From Patescibacteria group bacterium (lineage in GTDB: Bacteria; Patescibacteriota; Patescibacteriia; JAXHNJ01), in the NCBI GenBank assembly GCA_041649715.1, contig JBAZMP010000001.1, forward strand, positions 82,741 through 146,740: a DNA stretch of 64,000 nt, read 5' to 3'. Shown one piece after another: positions 36,550-46,585 of this stretch. A program made the position numbers and the translations under genes. Under the pieces are notes generated by a model, which made no database searches, had not been told where the DNA came from, and saw only the letters and a list, made by a program, of their open reading frames with translations. Positions within the stretch are counted from its first letter, which is position 1; every line of letters starts with the position of its first letter.

Positions 36550-37149
36550 TTACCGGTAGCCCCCCTTGATTTCTCCCCAGCTGGTCCGGTCGGTACCGAT
36601 TGGGATCACCGGTACCGGTATGATTTTCCAGGCATACAGCGCGTGGCCGGTGATAGCGATGACCAGGCGGACATCGTAGGTTTGGCCGGGAGAAAATCCG
36701 AAGTCGCAGAGATCAATGAGCAGGGGCGAGGACCATTCGCAGTAGGATTTAGTGTCTGTCAGGTCCAGGACTTCGACTCCGGATTCGCCGGGGCTTTGGC
36801 AGACATAGACCTTGAAGCTGCCGATGAGGCCCGCGGCTTGAATGAATTGGAAATCGACTTTCCCGGAGGCCGGCACCGTCAGAGGTCCCCAGGTCAAATC
36901 AAAATCTTTGAAACCGCTGATGGGAGCCGGGTAATACCGTGAGTCAGAAATTTGGCAGGCGCCGGTGCTGAAAGTGCTGGGGGACCGGCCGGTCAGAGGA
37001 AGAACGGTCCAATACGGCCAGGCCGCCGCCGGATCCTTTTCCGCTCGGACTTCGAGGACTTCGGCGGCGATAACCGGAACGGCGACTGCGAGGATGAAAT
37101 AAAAGGAAAGGGCGATGGCGAAAATAATCATCAGGAGCGACGTTTTCAT
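36550..37149 (-). CDS. hypothetical secreted protein
   Basis: N-terminal signal peptide. Confidence 0.4.
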   Translation of the reverse strand: MKTSLLMIIFAIALSFYFILAVAVPVIAAEVLEVRAEKDPAAAWPYWTVLPLTGRSPSTFSTGACQISDSRYYPAPISGFKDFDLTWGPLTVPASGKVDFQFIQAAGLIGSFKVYVCQSPGESGVEVLDLTDTKSYCEWSSPLLIDLCDFGFSPGQTYDVRLVIAITGHALYAWKIIPVPVIPIGTDRTSWGEIKGGYR

Positions 37150-37308
37150 GAGTACCTCCTTTTGGGTGGTAAAAAGCCTTCTGCTTTCTATGTACCAAAT
37201 TTGTGTTCATATTATAACTGGATATTTTTTAACTGTCAAAAATCACCTTTGACAATTAAGCGATGTTATCTTACAATAATTAGGCGTTATTATTAAATTT
37301 AAAAATCT

Positions 37309-37722
37309 ATGTTCAAGTCAGACCAAGAAACCTACAAAGAAGCCGAGACGGTGATCGGCCCCTCTGTGAAAGTGGAAGGGAATTTCGCCAGTGACGGCGA
37401 CGTGGTGATTGAGGGGCAGTTAACCGGTACCCTGAAGACTTCTAAAAATGTAAAAATCGGGGCCTCGGCCAGGATAAAGGCCGATGTGGAAGCGACCAAT
37501 ATCTTCCAGGCCGGAGAAATAAGGGGCAATGTTAAAGTCTCGGAAAAATTGCAGCTAAAATCCACCGCCAAAATCTTCGGCAATGTGGAAGCCAATATTC
37601 TATCGGTCGATGAAGGCGGCATCTTGAATGGTAAATGCCAGATGATGAAGAAAGAGAACCCGGCCGGAGAACAAAATCCCGACTTATTCGCGAGCGAAGA
37701 CAAAAAAAAGAACAAAAAATAA
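37309..37722 (+). CDS. bactofilin-family cytoskeletal protein
   Basis: Repetitive beta-helix segments (VKIGASARIKADVEATNIFQAGEIRGNV) typical of the DUF583 bactofilin domain. Confidence 0.65.
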   Translation: MFKSDQETYKEAETVIGPSVKVEGNFASDGDVVIEGQLTGTLKTSKNVKIGASARIKADVEATNIFQAGEIRGNVKVSEKLQLKSTAKIFGNVEANILSVDEGGILNGKCQMMKKENPAGEQNPDLFASEDKKKNKK

Positions 37723-37743
37723 TTTCTGGATATTTTTTAACTC

Positions 37744-38496
37744 ATGTATCACTACATTTACGATTCTTTCTTATCGGACAAAAGATACGAGAACGATCTC
37801 TCGCTGATTGAAGCGAGAATTTTAGCGCTTGGGATAAACGGCCGAATGGATAAACTGACTATCCTGAAAAATTTGAAAGAAATCGTGGAAGATAGCGTAA
37901 AAAGAGGGGCGGAAACACTGGTGGTGATCGGCGACGATATGACTCTGGGCAAGGTGATAAGTTACGTCGCTCCCTTTCGCAAAGTGATCTTGGGTTATAT
38001 CCCCTTGGGCCCCAAACAGTCGATTGCCCGTCTTTTAGGCATTCCTGGCGGGTTAGCCGCCTGCGACATACTATCGAAAAGAATGGTCAAAAAATTCGAT
38101 TTGGGCAAGGTTAATGAGAAATATTTCCTTTTTTCCCTGAACGTGACGAAAAACAACGTCGTCATTGAATGTGACGGCAATTATAATTTTAAGACCGTCG
38201 TGCCGTCCTCGCTTCTCCGGATCTGTAATTTGGGACTGCCGGAGGAAGGCGTTTTTTTCAACCCCGGCGACGGACTGCTGGAAGCGGTGGTGGTCAACCG
38301 GAGCACCGGCTGGAATTTTTTTAAAAAAAGCTATAAAAAAGACAGCATTTTTCCTTTCAAAAAAGCGAAAATAAAATGTGAGACCGAGTGCGTGCCCCTT
38401 TTGCTGGATGGGCAGACGGTCGTTAAAACTCCGGCGGCGGTGGAGATTGCGCCGGGGCGCTTGAATATCATTGTCGGCAAAGACAGAAAGATTTAA
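37744..38496 (+). CDS. YegS/BmrU-family lipid kinase (diacylglycerol kinase catalytic domain)
   Basis: LVVIGDDMTLGKV resembles the GGDGT motif. About 250 aa. Confidence 0.5.
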   Translation: MYHYIYDSFLSDKRYENDLSLIEARILALGINGRMDKLTILKNLKEIVEDSVKRGAETLVVIGDDMTLGKVISYVAPFRKVILGYIPLGPKQSIARLLGIPGGLAACDILSKRMVKKFDLGKVNEKYFLFSLNVTKNNVVIECDGNYNFKTVVPSSLLRICNLGLPEEGVFFNPGDGLLEAVVVNRSTGWNFFKKSYKKDSIFPFKKAKIKCETECVPLLLDGQTVVKTPAAVEIAPGRLNIIVGKDRKI

Positions 38497-38506
38497 GATC
38501 ATAATT

Positions 38507-39130
38507 ATGCTTGAAAAAATTAAATGGCTGGGTCAGTCGGGCTTTAAGATAATTACGGCCGCGGGCAAAACCATTTATCTGGATCCATACAAAGTACCGG
38601 CGGAAAGTCCTCTGGCCGATTTTATCTTTATTACCCATGGCCATTTCGACCATTTTTCCCCGGAGGTTATCGCCAAAATTCGGGGCGAAAAAACGCAAAT
38701 TTATTGCTCGGCGGAATTAGCGTCTAAGATCGGCGGCCAGCTTAAAACGGTCAAGCCCGGCGATAAATTTGCCGCCGATGGATTCGGTGTCCAGGTAGTA
38801 CCGGCCTACAATATCAACAAAGATTTTCATCCCAAGGAAAATAATTGGGTGGGCTTCATTTTGGAGATCGACGGCCAAAGGATTTATCACGCCGGAGATA
38901 CGGATTTGATTCCGGAAATGAAGGATTTAAAAAATATTGATATCGCCTTATTGCCGGTCGGCGGCACCTACACAATGAATTGGCAGGAAGCGGCCGAAGC
39001 GGTCAAGGCTTTCGCCCCAAAAATGGTTATCCCGATGCATTACGGCGAAGCGGCCGGGTCAGACGACGATGCGATAAATTTTAAACAAGCGGTTGGGGAA
39101 AAAGTGGTGATTTTGGAAAAGGAGGGTTAG
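38507..39130 (+). CDS. MBL-fold metallo-hydrolase
   Basis: HGHFDH metal-binding motif and AGDTD. Confidence 0.65.
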   Translation: MLEKIKWLGQSGFKIITAAGKTIYLDPYKVPAESPLADFIFITHGHFDHFSPEVIAKIRGEKTQIYCSAELASKIGGQLKTVKPGDKFAADGFGVQVVPAYNINKDFHPKENNWVGFILEIDGQRIYHAGDTDLIPEMKDLKNIDIALLPVGGTYTMNWQEAAEAVKAFAPKMVIPMHYGEAAGSDDDAINFKQAVGEKVVILEKEG

Positions 39131-39523
39131 AGCGTTCTAACCATTCTAATCGTTTTATCCGTTCTATCGTCCTTCGGACTCGTCTTTAGCGAATAGAACG
39201 AGCGTGAGCGATATAACGTCTAGGGCGTCTCAAGCGGGAACGATCGAAACCTCTTGACAAGTAGATAAAAATAAGCTAAGATAGCTGCAAAGCTAAGATA
39301 TGGCTTTGTTAATTAACAATTCATGGGTTAGTAAACCTTTGTGAGACGCTAAGTACTCCTGGCCTTTTGGTCGCTATAGGGCCAGCGGGGAAGACCTTTT
39401 TTAGGCGCGTCATTAGAGCGAAACCGGCACAAAGAGAGGTGATGTTTGATTTGGGTAAAATTTTATTAAGGTCTCACAAAGCGTGAGGCTTTTTTTGTTC
39501 TTTACATTAAGGAGCAATGAAAC

Positions 39524-39907
39524 ATGGCGACCATTCTAGTGATCGAAGATGACGGCGAAAGACAGCACATTTTACAAGCCGTGCTTTTATGCCAGGGGCA
39601 TGAAATTATCGTGTCCGCTGACCCCGGCACCGCCTGGGTGAAGATGATGGCAGCGTCGGGGCGGCCGGACCTGATCATCTGTTCCAGCCCCCAGAGGGGA
39701 TTAGCCGCTTTTCTGCAGAGAAAACACGGGGAAAAAGGATACGGCCGGATACCCGTCATTTTCCTACTGAAAAACGAGAAGTTCAATCAAGAGGAAACCG
39801 AGAGAGAGCCTAAACATAACTATTGGTTTTATCTGGCTATTCCCTTTAATGTCCAACATCTTATCTGCCAAGTGGATGAGATATTGGCCAAAGCCGCTTG
39901 CCGATAA
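39524..39907 (+). CDS. stand-alone response-regulator receiver-domain (CheY-like) protein
   Basis: ILVIEDD...DLIICS receiver architecture. Confidence 0.5.
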   Translation: MATILVIEDDGERQHILQAVLLCQGHEIIVSADPGTAWVKMMAASGRPDLIICSSPQRGLAAFLQRKHGEKGYGRIPVIFLLKNEKFNQEETEREPKHNYWFYLAIPFNVQHLICQVDEILAKAACR

Positions 39908-40137
39908 TTAAGAGTAAGTCCGCCTGGAGCACCCGGCGGACTTTTTTTATCCCATTAGGAATTTTTTTCTGACGGGGTTTTCTTGACCCAGCCGTTCGCG
40001 AACGCTGGGTTGACAAAAACATTGATATTATTTAAAGTAATAATTCAACGGGTTGTCGGATTGATCTTTGTTAATTGGTTTTAAACTGAGAATGAGGGGT
40101 CAGTTTTTAGTCAGTTTTTCAACGGAAAGGAGTAGAG

Positions 40138-41769
40138 ATGCGAGACGTACAGCTGATCACGGGTCCAGACATTTCCTGCGCCAACTGGCAGATCGAAGCG
40201 GCTTTGCGCATGCTTCACAACAACATTGTCCAGGGCGCCAAGCCGGCCGAGCTCATAATCTACGGCGGGGGGAAAGCGGCGCGCAGCTGGGAGTGTTTCG
40301 ACGCCATCGTCAAAACTCTAAGGGAGCTTAAACCCGATGAGACACTGCTTATTCAGAGCGGCAAACCCGTGGGTGTTCTTAAGACCTTTGAACATTCGCC
40401 GCGGGTACTGATCGTCAATTCCATGTTGGTTCCCCAGTGGTGTTACGAAAAGATCTTTTGGCCTCTGGAAGAAAAAGGAATGACCATGTACGGCCAGATG
40501 ACCGCCGGTTCCTGGGCTTATATCGGCCAGCAGGGGATTATGCAGGGAACTTTCGAGACTTTCGGCGCGGCCGGGGCAAAACCGGGCAAACTTATTTTCA
40601 GCGCCGGTCTCGGCAACATGGGCGGCGCCCAAGCGCCAGCCGGCAAAATGAACGGAGCCACCACTTTGATCGTCGAGATCGATCCTGGACGTATCAGCCG
40701 CTGTCAGAAGGAAGGCTGGATCGATGAGGTATTTGTCGAGATCGAACCGGCGATAAAAAGAGCCTTGGCTGCCCGGGAAAGAAAGGAGTCTGTGGCGATC
40801 GCTTTGCAGGCCAATGTTGTTGATGTTTTGGATTATCTGGTTTCTCACGGTATCGTGCCGGATATCGTGACTGATCAGACCGCAGCTCATCATCCGAAAA
40901 TCGGATATTTTCCCCAACGGCTTTCTTTTGAGGAATCTCTGGAGATGAGAAAAAAAGATCCAGACTATTATCTTGAATTATGTCTGGAATCCATATTCAG
41001 GCACGTAGCGCGATTAGTTAATCTTCAGAACAGCGGGGCGACGGTTTTCGACTACGGCAATGGCATCCGCCGGCACGCCTTTGAGAGAGGTCTTGAGAGT
41101 GCTTTCAATATCAAGGGCTTTGTCCCGCTCTATGTCCGGCCGCTTTTCTGCGAAGGCCGCGGGCCTTTCCGGGTAGCTGCTCTTTCCGGCGATCCGGCGG
41201 ACATTGCAGTCATCGACAAGATCATCCTGGACTTTTTCCCGGACAACGCGATGCTTGTTAATTGGATACACAAGGTGCAGAAAGCGATTGATTTTTCCAA
41301 ACAGCCCGGTCTGCCGGCGCGCGTCTGCTGGTTAGGTCAGGGCGAGCGGAAAGCGATCGTCGAGGCGATCTGGTGGGCCCTGAGAAAAGGGGAGCTGAAA
41401 GCTCCGATCTGGGTCGGCCGCGATCATCTTGATTGCGGTTCCGTGGCTTCACCTGACCGCGAGACGGAAAGCATGATTGATGGTTCGGACTTCATCGCTG
41501 ACTGGCCGATTCTTAACGCCTTGGTCGCCTGCTCGAGCGGAGCCACCTGGGTGAGCGTGCACGACGGCGGCGGGGTCGGTATTGGCAAAGCCATTCACGC
41601 CGGTCAGTGCTTTGTCATCACGCCCGACGCGAGTTGTCTTTCGCGGGCGACGCGCGTTTTCACCAACGATCCGGCCACCGGGATTATCCGGCACGCCGAC
41701 GCCGGCTACCCGGAAGCGATCAAGGCCGCGAAAAAGCACGGCATCATAATTCCGATGCCCAAAGAATAG
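40138..41769 (+). CDS. hutU: urocanate hydratase
   Basis: Near full-length urocanase-like sequence (GQMTAGSWAYIGQQGI..., NAD-binding GGGKAAR). GC content is clearly above the window average. Confidence 0.75.
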   Translation: MRDVQLITGPDISCANWQIEAALRMLHNNIVQGAKPAELIIYGGGKAARSWECFDAIVKTLRELKPDETLLIQSGKPVGVLKTFEHSPRVLIVNSMLVPQWCYEKIFWPLEEKGMTMYGQMTAGSWAYIGQQGIMQGTFETFGAAGAKPGKLIFSAGLGNMGGAQAPAGKMNGATTLIVEIDPGRISRCQKEGWIDEVFVEIEPAIKRALAARERKESVAIALQANVVDVLDYLVSHGIVPDIVTDQTAAHHPKIGYFPQRLSFEESLEMRKKDPDYYLELCLESIFRHVARLVNLQNSGATVFDYGNGIRRHAFERGLESAFNIKGFVPLYVRPLFCEGRGPFRVAALSGDPADIAVIDKIILDFFPDNAMLVNWIHKVQKAIDFSKQPGLPARVCWLGQGERKAIVEAIWWALRKGELKAPIWVGRDHLDCGSVASPDRETESMIDGSDFIADWPILNALVACSSGATWVSVHDGGGVGIGKAIHAGQCFVITPDASCLSRATRVFTNDPATGIIRHADAGYPEAIKAAKKHGIIIPMPKE

Positions 41770-41949
41770 GAAGAGTTTCTTTCATCAAAACCCGCCAGCA
41801 CCTACGCGTGCTGGCTTTTTTATCCCGTTAGAAAAGTGATTTTTAAAGAGAGTAATTTGACTTTTTTGACAAATGTTACTAAGATTATTTATTCATTGAT
41901 AATTGAGTATTTTTTTTCCGACGAACTTTCAAAATTAAGGAGGAATATT

Positions 41950-42459
41950 ATGTTAGCAGTAGGGGGCGGAGGCTATCCATTGATGAATGTTTTGTATCGC
42001 ACCTACAGTCAATTGATAGATGCATTATTTTCTTGGTCGGATAATCCAGTCACTGACAAAACATTCGGTTGTTTGATTGTGCTAACTCCTCAAGGTACAT
42101 TTGTCCAAGACCGTGTCGGTCCGCTTAGGCCGGAAGAATTTAGGCCGGATAAATACGATCAGCTAGAAATTTTGTCTCTGGAAAAAGCTAAGCGTCTTCG
42201 TCGCCACCCGAAGCATTTTTCCAGTTTTCAAAGCCGAAATCCGGAAAAGAATCAGCTGGGCGGGGCGGTCAGAATCGAAAATAACAATTTCATTCTCTCC
42301 CTCACCTATGTTAATGAAGAGTTGGATGAGGCAATTGTGACAGCGACTGCTTGGCACATGGGAATAATGTCTATGGATGAGACTAGGCGGATAGCTGAAG
42401 CGAGTGGCAATCAGTTTATTTCTCGTTTGATGGAGATTGAGATTGAGAGCCCTTTTTAA
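41950..42459 (+). CDS. hypothetical protein; start moved to the ATG that follows aaggagg
   Basis: SD aaggagg at 41936-41942. Confidence 0.35.
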   Translation: MLAVGGGGYPLMNVLYRTYSQLIDALFSWSDNPVTDKTFGCLIVLTPQGTFVQDRVGPLRPEEFRPDKYDQLEILSLEKAKRLRRHPKHFSSFQSRNPEKNQLGGAVRIENNNFILSLTYVNEELDEAIVTATAWHMGIMSMDETRRIAEASGNQFISRLMEIEIESPF

Positions 42460-42574
42460 GGGGTAGACTAAACAGTCCAAAAATCGAACAAAGCGAGTGC
42501 CTAGACACTCGCTTTTTTATTTGACTTATAGCCAAATTTTTACTAGAATTAAGTATCTCAAATTATTTTATATT

Positions 42575-44380
42575 ATGGTTGAGGAAGCGAAAAAAATCAT
42601 CGAGATACCCGCGAAAATCATGGTCAAGGAACTGGCCGGGCTTTTGAAATTGCCGGTTACCGACATTATCGCCCAATTGATGAAAAACGGCGTGCTGGCC
42701 AGCCAGAATGAAAACGTCGATTTTGACACGGCGGCGGTGATCGCCGATGATCTGGGTTTTGAGGCGAAACTGAGGGAAGAGGCAGAAAGCGAAGGCGGCC
42801 AGGGTATAAAAGAAATTATCGGCCTTGAAGAAAAGAAAAATTTAAAGCCGCGGCCGCCGATTGTCGTTGTTTTGGGCCACGTCGATCATGGCAAGACCAT
42901 GCTGCTCGATGCCATCCGTCAGACGAAAGTGGTGGACAGCGAATACGGCGGCATCACCCAGCATATCGGCGCATACCAGGTACGGCATAAAAAACAATCC
43001 ATTACTTTTATCGATACTCCTGGCCACGAAGCTTTCACGGCCATGCGTTCGCGCGGAGCCAAAGTCGCCGACATCGCCGTCCTGGTGGTGGCGGCGGACG
43101 ACGGGATAAAACCCCAGACCAAGGAAGCTTTGAATATCATCAAAGCGGCCGGATTGCCTTTTATCGTGGCGATAAATAAGATAGATAAACCCGAGGCCGA
43201 TGTCCAGCGGATTTTAAAAGCCCTGGCGGATCTTGATCTGCTGCCGGAGGAATGGGGCGGCAAGACCATCTGTGTCAAAGTTTCCGCCAAGGAAAAGAAA
43301 GGCATCGATGATCTTTTGGAGATGATCTTGCTCGTTTATGAAATGGAAAAACAAAAGATCGTGGCCTCGCCTTCCGGCAAGCTGGTCGCTTCAGTGGTCG
43401 AGTCGCGCGTTGATCCCCAGGAGGGCCCGGTGGCCACCATTTTGATCCACGCCGGCACTTTGAAGATCGGCGACACGGTCAGTATCGGCAGCATTTACGG
43501 CAAGATAAAAGCCATGAAGAATTTTTTAGGCGAACCGATCGGCCAAGCTTTGCCTTCCACGCCGGCCAGAATCTTGGGCTTGAAAGGCTCGCCGGTCGTA
43601 GGCGACATTCTGACCCTGGCCGAAAATTTGCACTCCTTGAAAAAAATGGCCAAACAGTATCGCGTCGATAAACATTTGTTAAAGCCCAACGAAATGCGGG
43701 TTGAAACAAAAAGGGGCAAGGAAGAAAAAGACAAGGAAGGCAAAAATGAAAAAAGGGTAAAAGAGCTTAAACTGATATTAAAGGCGGATAATCTCGGCTC
43801 GTTGGAAGCGATCACTGAAAGTCTGAAGAAGTTTCAGCATCCCGAGGTCAAGCTTGAGATCGTCTACAGCGGTCTCGGCAATATCATGGACAGCGATGTG
43901 CTGAAAGCGGAGGCGACGGAGGCGCTTTTGCGGGGATTCAATGTTTCTCTCCAGCCTTCGGCCCAAGACCTCGCCCGCGAAAAAAACATCGTTTTCAAAA
44001 GCTACCGGATCATCTACGAATTATTTGACGAGATAAAAAGTAAATTAGAGGGGATGCTTAGTCCCGACATTTTTGAAGAAAAAACCGGACGGATGAAAGT
44101 CATGGCTATTTTCCGCACCGAAAAAAGATCAATGATCGTGGGAGGCAAGGTCACCGAAGGAAAATTCCGGCCGAAAATAAAAGTTAAAGTTTTAAGGAAT
44201 AAAGAAGAAATTTCCCGCGGTACGATCTCGGCGACCCAGCAGGACAAGAAAGCCGTCCCCGAAGTGGGCAAGGGCCAGGAATGCGGCCTGAAATATGAAG
44301 GCGACCCCGTTATCCAGGTGAATGACGTGATCGAAGCCTACGAAGAGCAGAAAATCTTCAAAAAAATTCAAATAAAATAA
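42575..44380 (+). CDS. infB: translation initiation factor IF-2
   Basis: G-domain GHVDHGKT, DTPGHEAF, NKID. Downstream beta-barrel domains. Followed by rbfA. Confidence 0.85.
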   Translation: MVEEAKKIIEIPAKIMVKELAGLLKLPVTDIIAQLMKNGVLASQNENVDFDTAAVIADDLGFEAKLREEAESEGGQGIKEIIGLEEKKNLKPRPPIVVVLGHVDHGKTMLLDAIRQTKVVDSEYGGITQHIGAYQVRHKKQSITFIDTPGHEAFTAMRSRGAKVADIAVLVVAADDGIKPQTKEALNIIKAAGLPFIVAINKIDKPEADVQRILKALADLDLLPEEWGGKTICVKVSAKEKKGIDDLLEMILLVYEMEKQKIVASPSGKLVASVVESRVDPQEGPVATILIHAGTLKIGDTVSIGSIYGKIKAMKNFLGEPIGQALPSTPARILGLKGSPVVGDILTLAENLHSLKKMAKQYRVDKHLLKPNEMRVETKRGKEEKDKEGKNEKRVKELKLILKADNLGSLEAITESLKKFQHPEVKLEIVYSGLGNIMDSDVLKAEATEALLRGFNVSLQPSAQDLAREKNIVFKSYRIIYELFDEIKSKLEGMLSPDIFEEKTGRMKVMAIFRTEKRSMIVGGKVTEGKFRPKIKVKVLRNKEEISRGTISATQQDKKAVPEVGKGQECGLKYEGDPVIQVNDVIEAYEEQKIFKKIQIK

Positions 44381-44724
44381 TGTCGGAAAAACGCTTAAAT
44401 CAGGTTAATCAGCTTATCCAGCGGGAAATCGCCGATATCATCCTGAAAGAGATAGATTTCCCCCCGGGGTGTCTGGTGACCGTGACCAGGGTAAAGACCT
44501 CGGTGGACATTGCCTTCGCCAGGGTCTGTCTTTCTGTTTTGCCCGTCTCTTTTGCCGGCCGGGTGCTGAAAATTTTGGAAAAGAACATCTATCATCTCCA
44601 GCAGGTGCTAAATAAGCGGCTCGTCATGCGCACGGTGCCGAAAATCATGTTCCGGCTTGATCTAGCGGAGCAGGAGGTGGAAAGAGTGAATAAGCTGCTT
44701 GACAAGATAAAGAATCAAGGTTAA
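44380..44724 (+). CDS. rbfA: ribosome-binding factor A
   Basis: Conserved infB-rbfA synteny. KH-like sequence of about 114 aa. Confidence 0.75.
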   Translation: MSEKRLNQVNQLIQREIADIILKEIDFPPGCLVTVTRVKTSVDIAFARVCLSVLPVSFAGRVLKILEKNIYHLQQVLNKRLVMRTVPKIMFRLDLAEQEVERVNKLLDKIKNQG

Positions 44725-44746
44725 ACTGCCCGGTTAAACCCTTTTA

Positions 44747-45736
44747 ATGCCGGTTATGAAAGAATTTAATCAACCTTTCGCCAAGTTAAACGAATACATT
44801 CTTGCCAGCCAGAATATCCTTTTGACGACCCATGAAAAGCCGGACGGGGACGCCATCGGCGCCCTGCTTGCCCTGGCTTATTATTTTTCTGACTTAGGCA
44901 AAAAATATCATTGTTTTTCAGAAACCAGGGTCATTGACCCTTTTTATTTTTTACCGGGGATCGAAAAAGTCAGCCAGAGCATCCCTGATCTTAAAGGTTT
45001 TGACCTGATCATTTTTTTGGACGCCGGAGACGTCAAAAGAACCGGGATCAAGGATTATCTGCCTCAAATCGAGAGGGAAAAAACAAAGATTGTCAATATT
45101 GACCATCATTTGACCACAAGCCTTAAGGCCGGTCACTTTTTTGATTTGAATATCGTTGATCTGGAGGTTTCCTCAACCGCGGAAATAATCTATAATTTTT
45201 TTGATTTTTTGAACATTCCGATCAACAAGGAAAAGGCCACTAATTTATTGACCGGGCTTCTTACCGATACGGGCTGTTTTTCCAATTTGGGGACGACGGT
45301 TTCTTCTTTTGCCATCGCTGCCAAACTACTGAATAAAGGGGCCAACATAAAAAAGATCTGCGACCATACCTTAAAAAATAAAAACATCGTTTCTTTAAAA
45401 CTTTGGGGCCGGGTTTTGGCGGGTTTGGAAAAAAACGAAAAAACGGGAGTGGTTACTTCCGTCATTACGCTGAAAGACGTGGAGGAATGCGGCGCCGACG
45501 AGGAATCAACTGAAGGGATCAGCAATTTTTTGAATTTTCTTTCCGAGGCCAGGTTCACTCTTTTGCTTAAGGAGGAAAAAAACGGCCAGGTCAGGGGCAG
45601 CTTAAGGACGACGCGCGAGGACGTAGATGTTTCACGGATCGCGGCCCGTTTCGGCGGCGGCGGCCATAAAAAAGCCGCCGGTTTTTCCGTTAAAGGCAGG
45701 CTTAGGAAAACCAAAGACGGCTGGCGGATAGAGTGA
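44747..45736 (+). CDS. DHH-family phosphoesterase (NrnA-like oligoribonuclease / pAp phosphatase)
   Basis: DHH motif (NIDHH), DAIGA, GGGH near the C-terminus. Confidence 0.65.
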   Translation: MPVMKEFNQPFAKLNEYILASQNILLTTHEKPDGDAIGALLALAYYFSDLGKKYHCFSETRVIDPFYFLPGIEKVSQSIPDLKGFDLIIFLDAGDVKRTGIKDYLPQIEREKTKIVNIDHHLTTSLKAGHFFDLNIVDLEVSSTAEIIYNFFDFLNIPINKEKATNLLTGLLTDTGCFSNLGTTVSSFAIAAKLLNKGANIKKICDHTLKNKNIVSLKLWGRVLAGLEKNEKTGVVTSVITLKDVEECGADEESTEGISNFLNFLSEARFTLLLKEEKNGQVRGSLRTTREDVDVSRIAARFGGGGHKKAAGFSVKGRLRKTKDGWRIE

Positions 45737-45798
45737 TTGAAAGATTTTCGAGCCTGGTCTATAATAATATAGCCTAATTATTAAGCGCTTATAATAAT

Positions 45799-46401
45799 AT
45801 GTCAGAAATCAAAGATCAGGTCCTCGTGCCCATGGTGGTGGAAAAAACTTCTTTGGGTGAACGGGCCTACGACATCTATTCCCGTCTCCTAAGGGAAAGA
45901 ATTGTTTTCCTGGGCGATGTGATCAGCGATGCCTTGGCCAACACGATAATTGCCCAGCTGCTTTTTTTAGCCAGCGAGGACAAGAACAAGGAAATCAAAT
46001 TGTATATAAATACGCCGGGCGGCTCGGTGACCGCCGGCATGGCGATTTACGATACCATGCAGTATGTCAAGCCGCAAGTGGCCACTATCTGTGTCGGGAT
46101 GGCCGCTTCCATGGGGGCGGTCCTGCTTTCGGCCGGGGCGCCGGGAAAAAGATTTGCCCTGCCTAATTCAGAGATTCTCCTCCACCAGGTGATGGGCGAA
46201 GCGGGCGGCCAGGCGGTGGATATCAAGATCCGGGCTGAACATATCCTGAAGATCCGTGACAAAATAAATAAAATCTTGTCCAAGCACTCCGGTCAGCCTT
46301 TGGCAAAAATTGAAAAAGACACTGACCGCGACTTTTTTATGTCCGCTGAAGAGGCGAAAAGATACGGCTTGGTCGATAAGATTATCGTTAACGGATTATA
46401 G
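45799..46401 (+). CDS. clpP: ATP-dependent Clp protease proteolytic subunit
   Basis: [14 protein letters not shown]...GMAASMG...H catalytic triad context. Confidence 0.85.
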   Translation: MSEIKDQVLVPMVVEKTSLGERAYDIYSRLLRERIVFLGDVISDALANTIIAQLLFLASEDKNKEIKLYINTPGGSVTAGMAIYDTMQYVKPQVATICVGMAASMGAVLLSAGAPGKRFALPNSEILLHQVMGEAGGQAVDIKIRAEHILKIRDKINKILSKHSGQPLAKIEKDTDRDFFMSAEEAKRYGLVDKIIVNGL

Positions 46402-46585
46402 GTTTAGAATAAGGGGGATGGCGGCTCCTTGCCCTTTTCTTTTGTTTATGTTAATATGACAAAAGTTATCTTATTAATAATCAATATGATAATCCATAAA
46501 ATAATTAATAGAAAAAGGAGAAAAGAGCCAAATATATCGTTTTTGGCGCTTGTTTCGCTGTTTTATGGATTAGGAAATCAATCTT

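Noticed and set aside
40318-40917. 199-aa minus-strand ORF and other small ORFs (40437-40727, 41014-41739) within hutU
   Set aside because: They overlap a confident hutU reading frame. GC-rich DNA inflates spurious ORF length.
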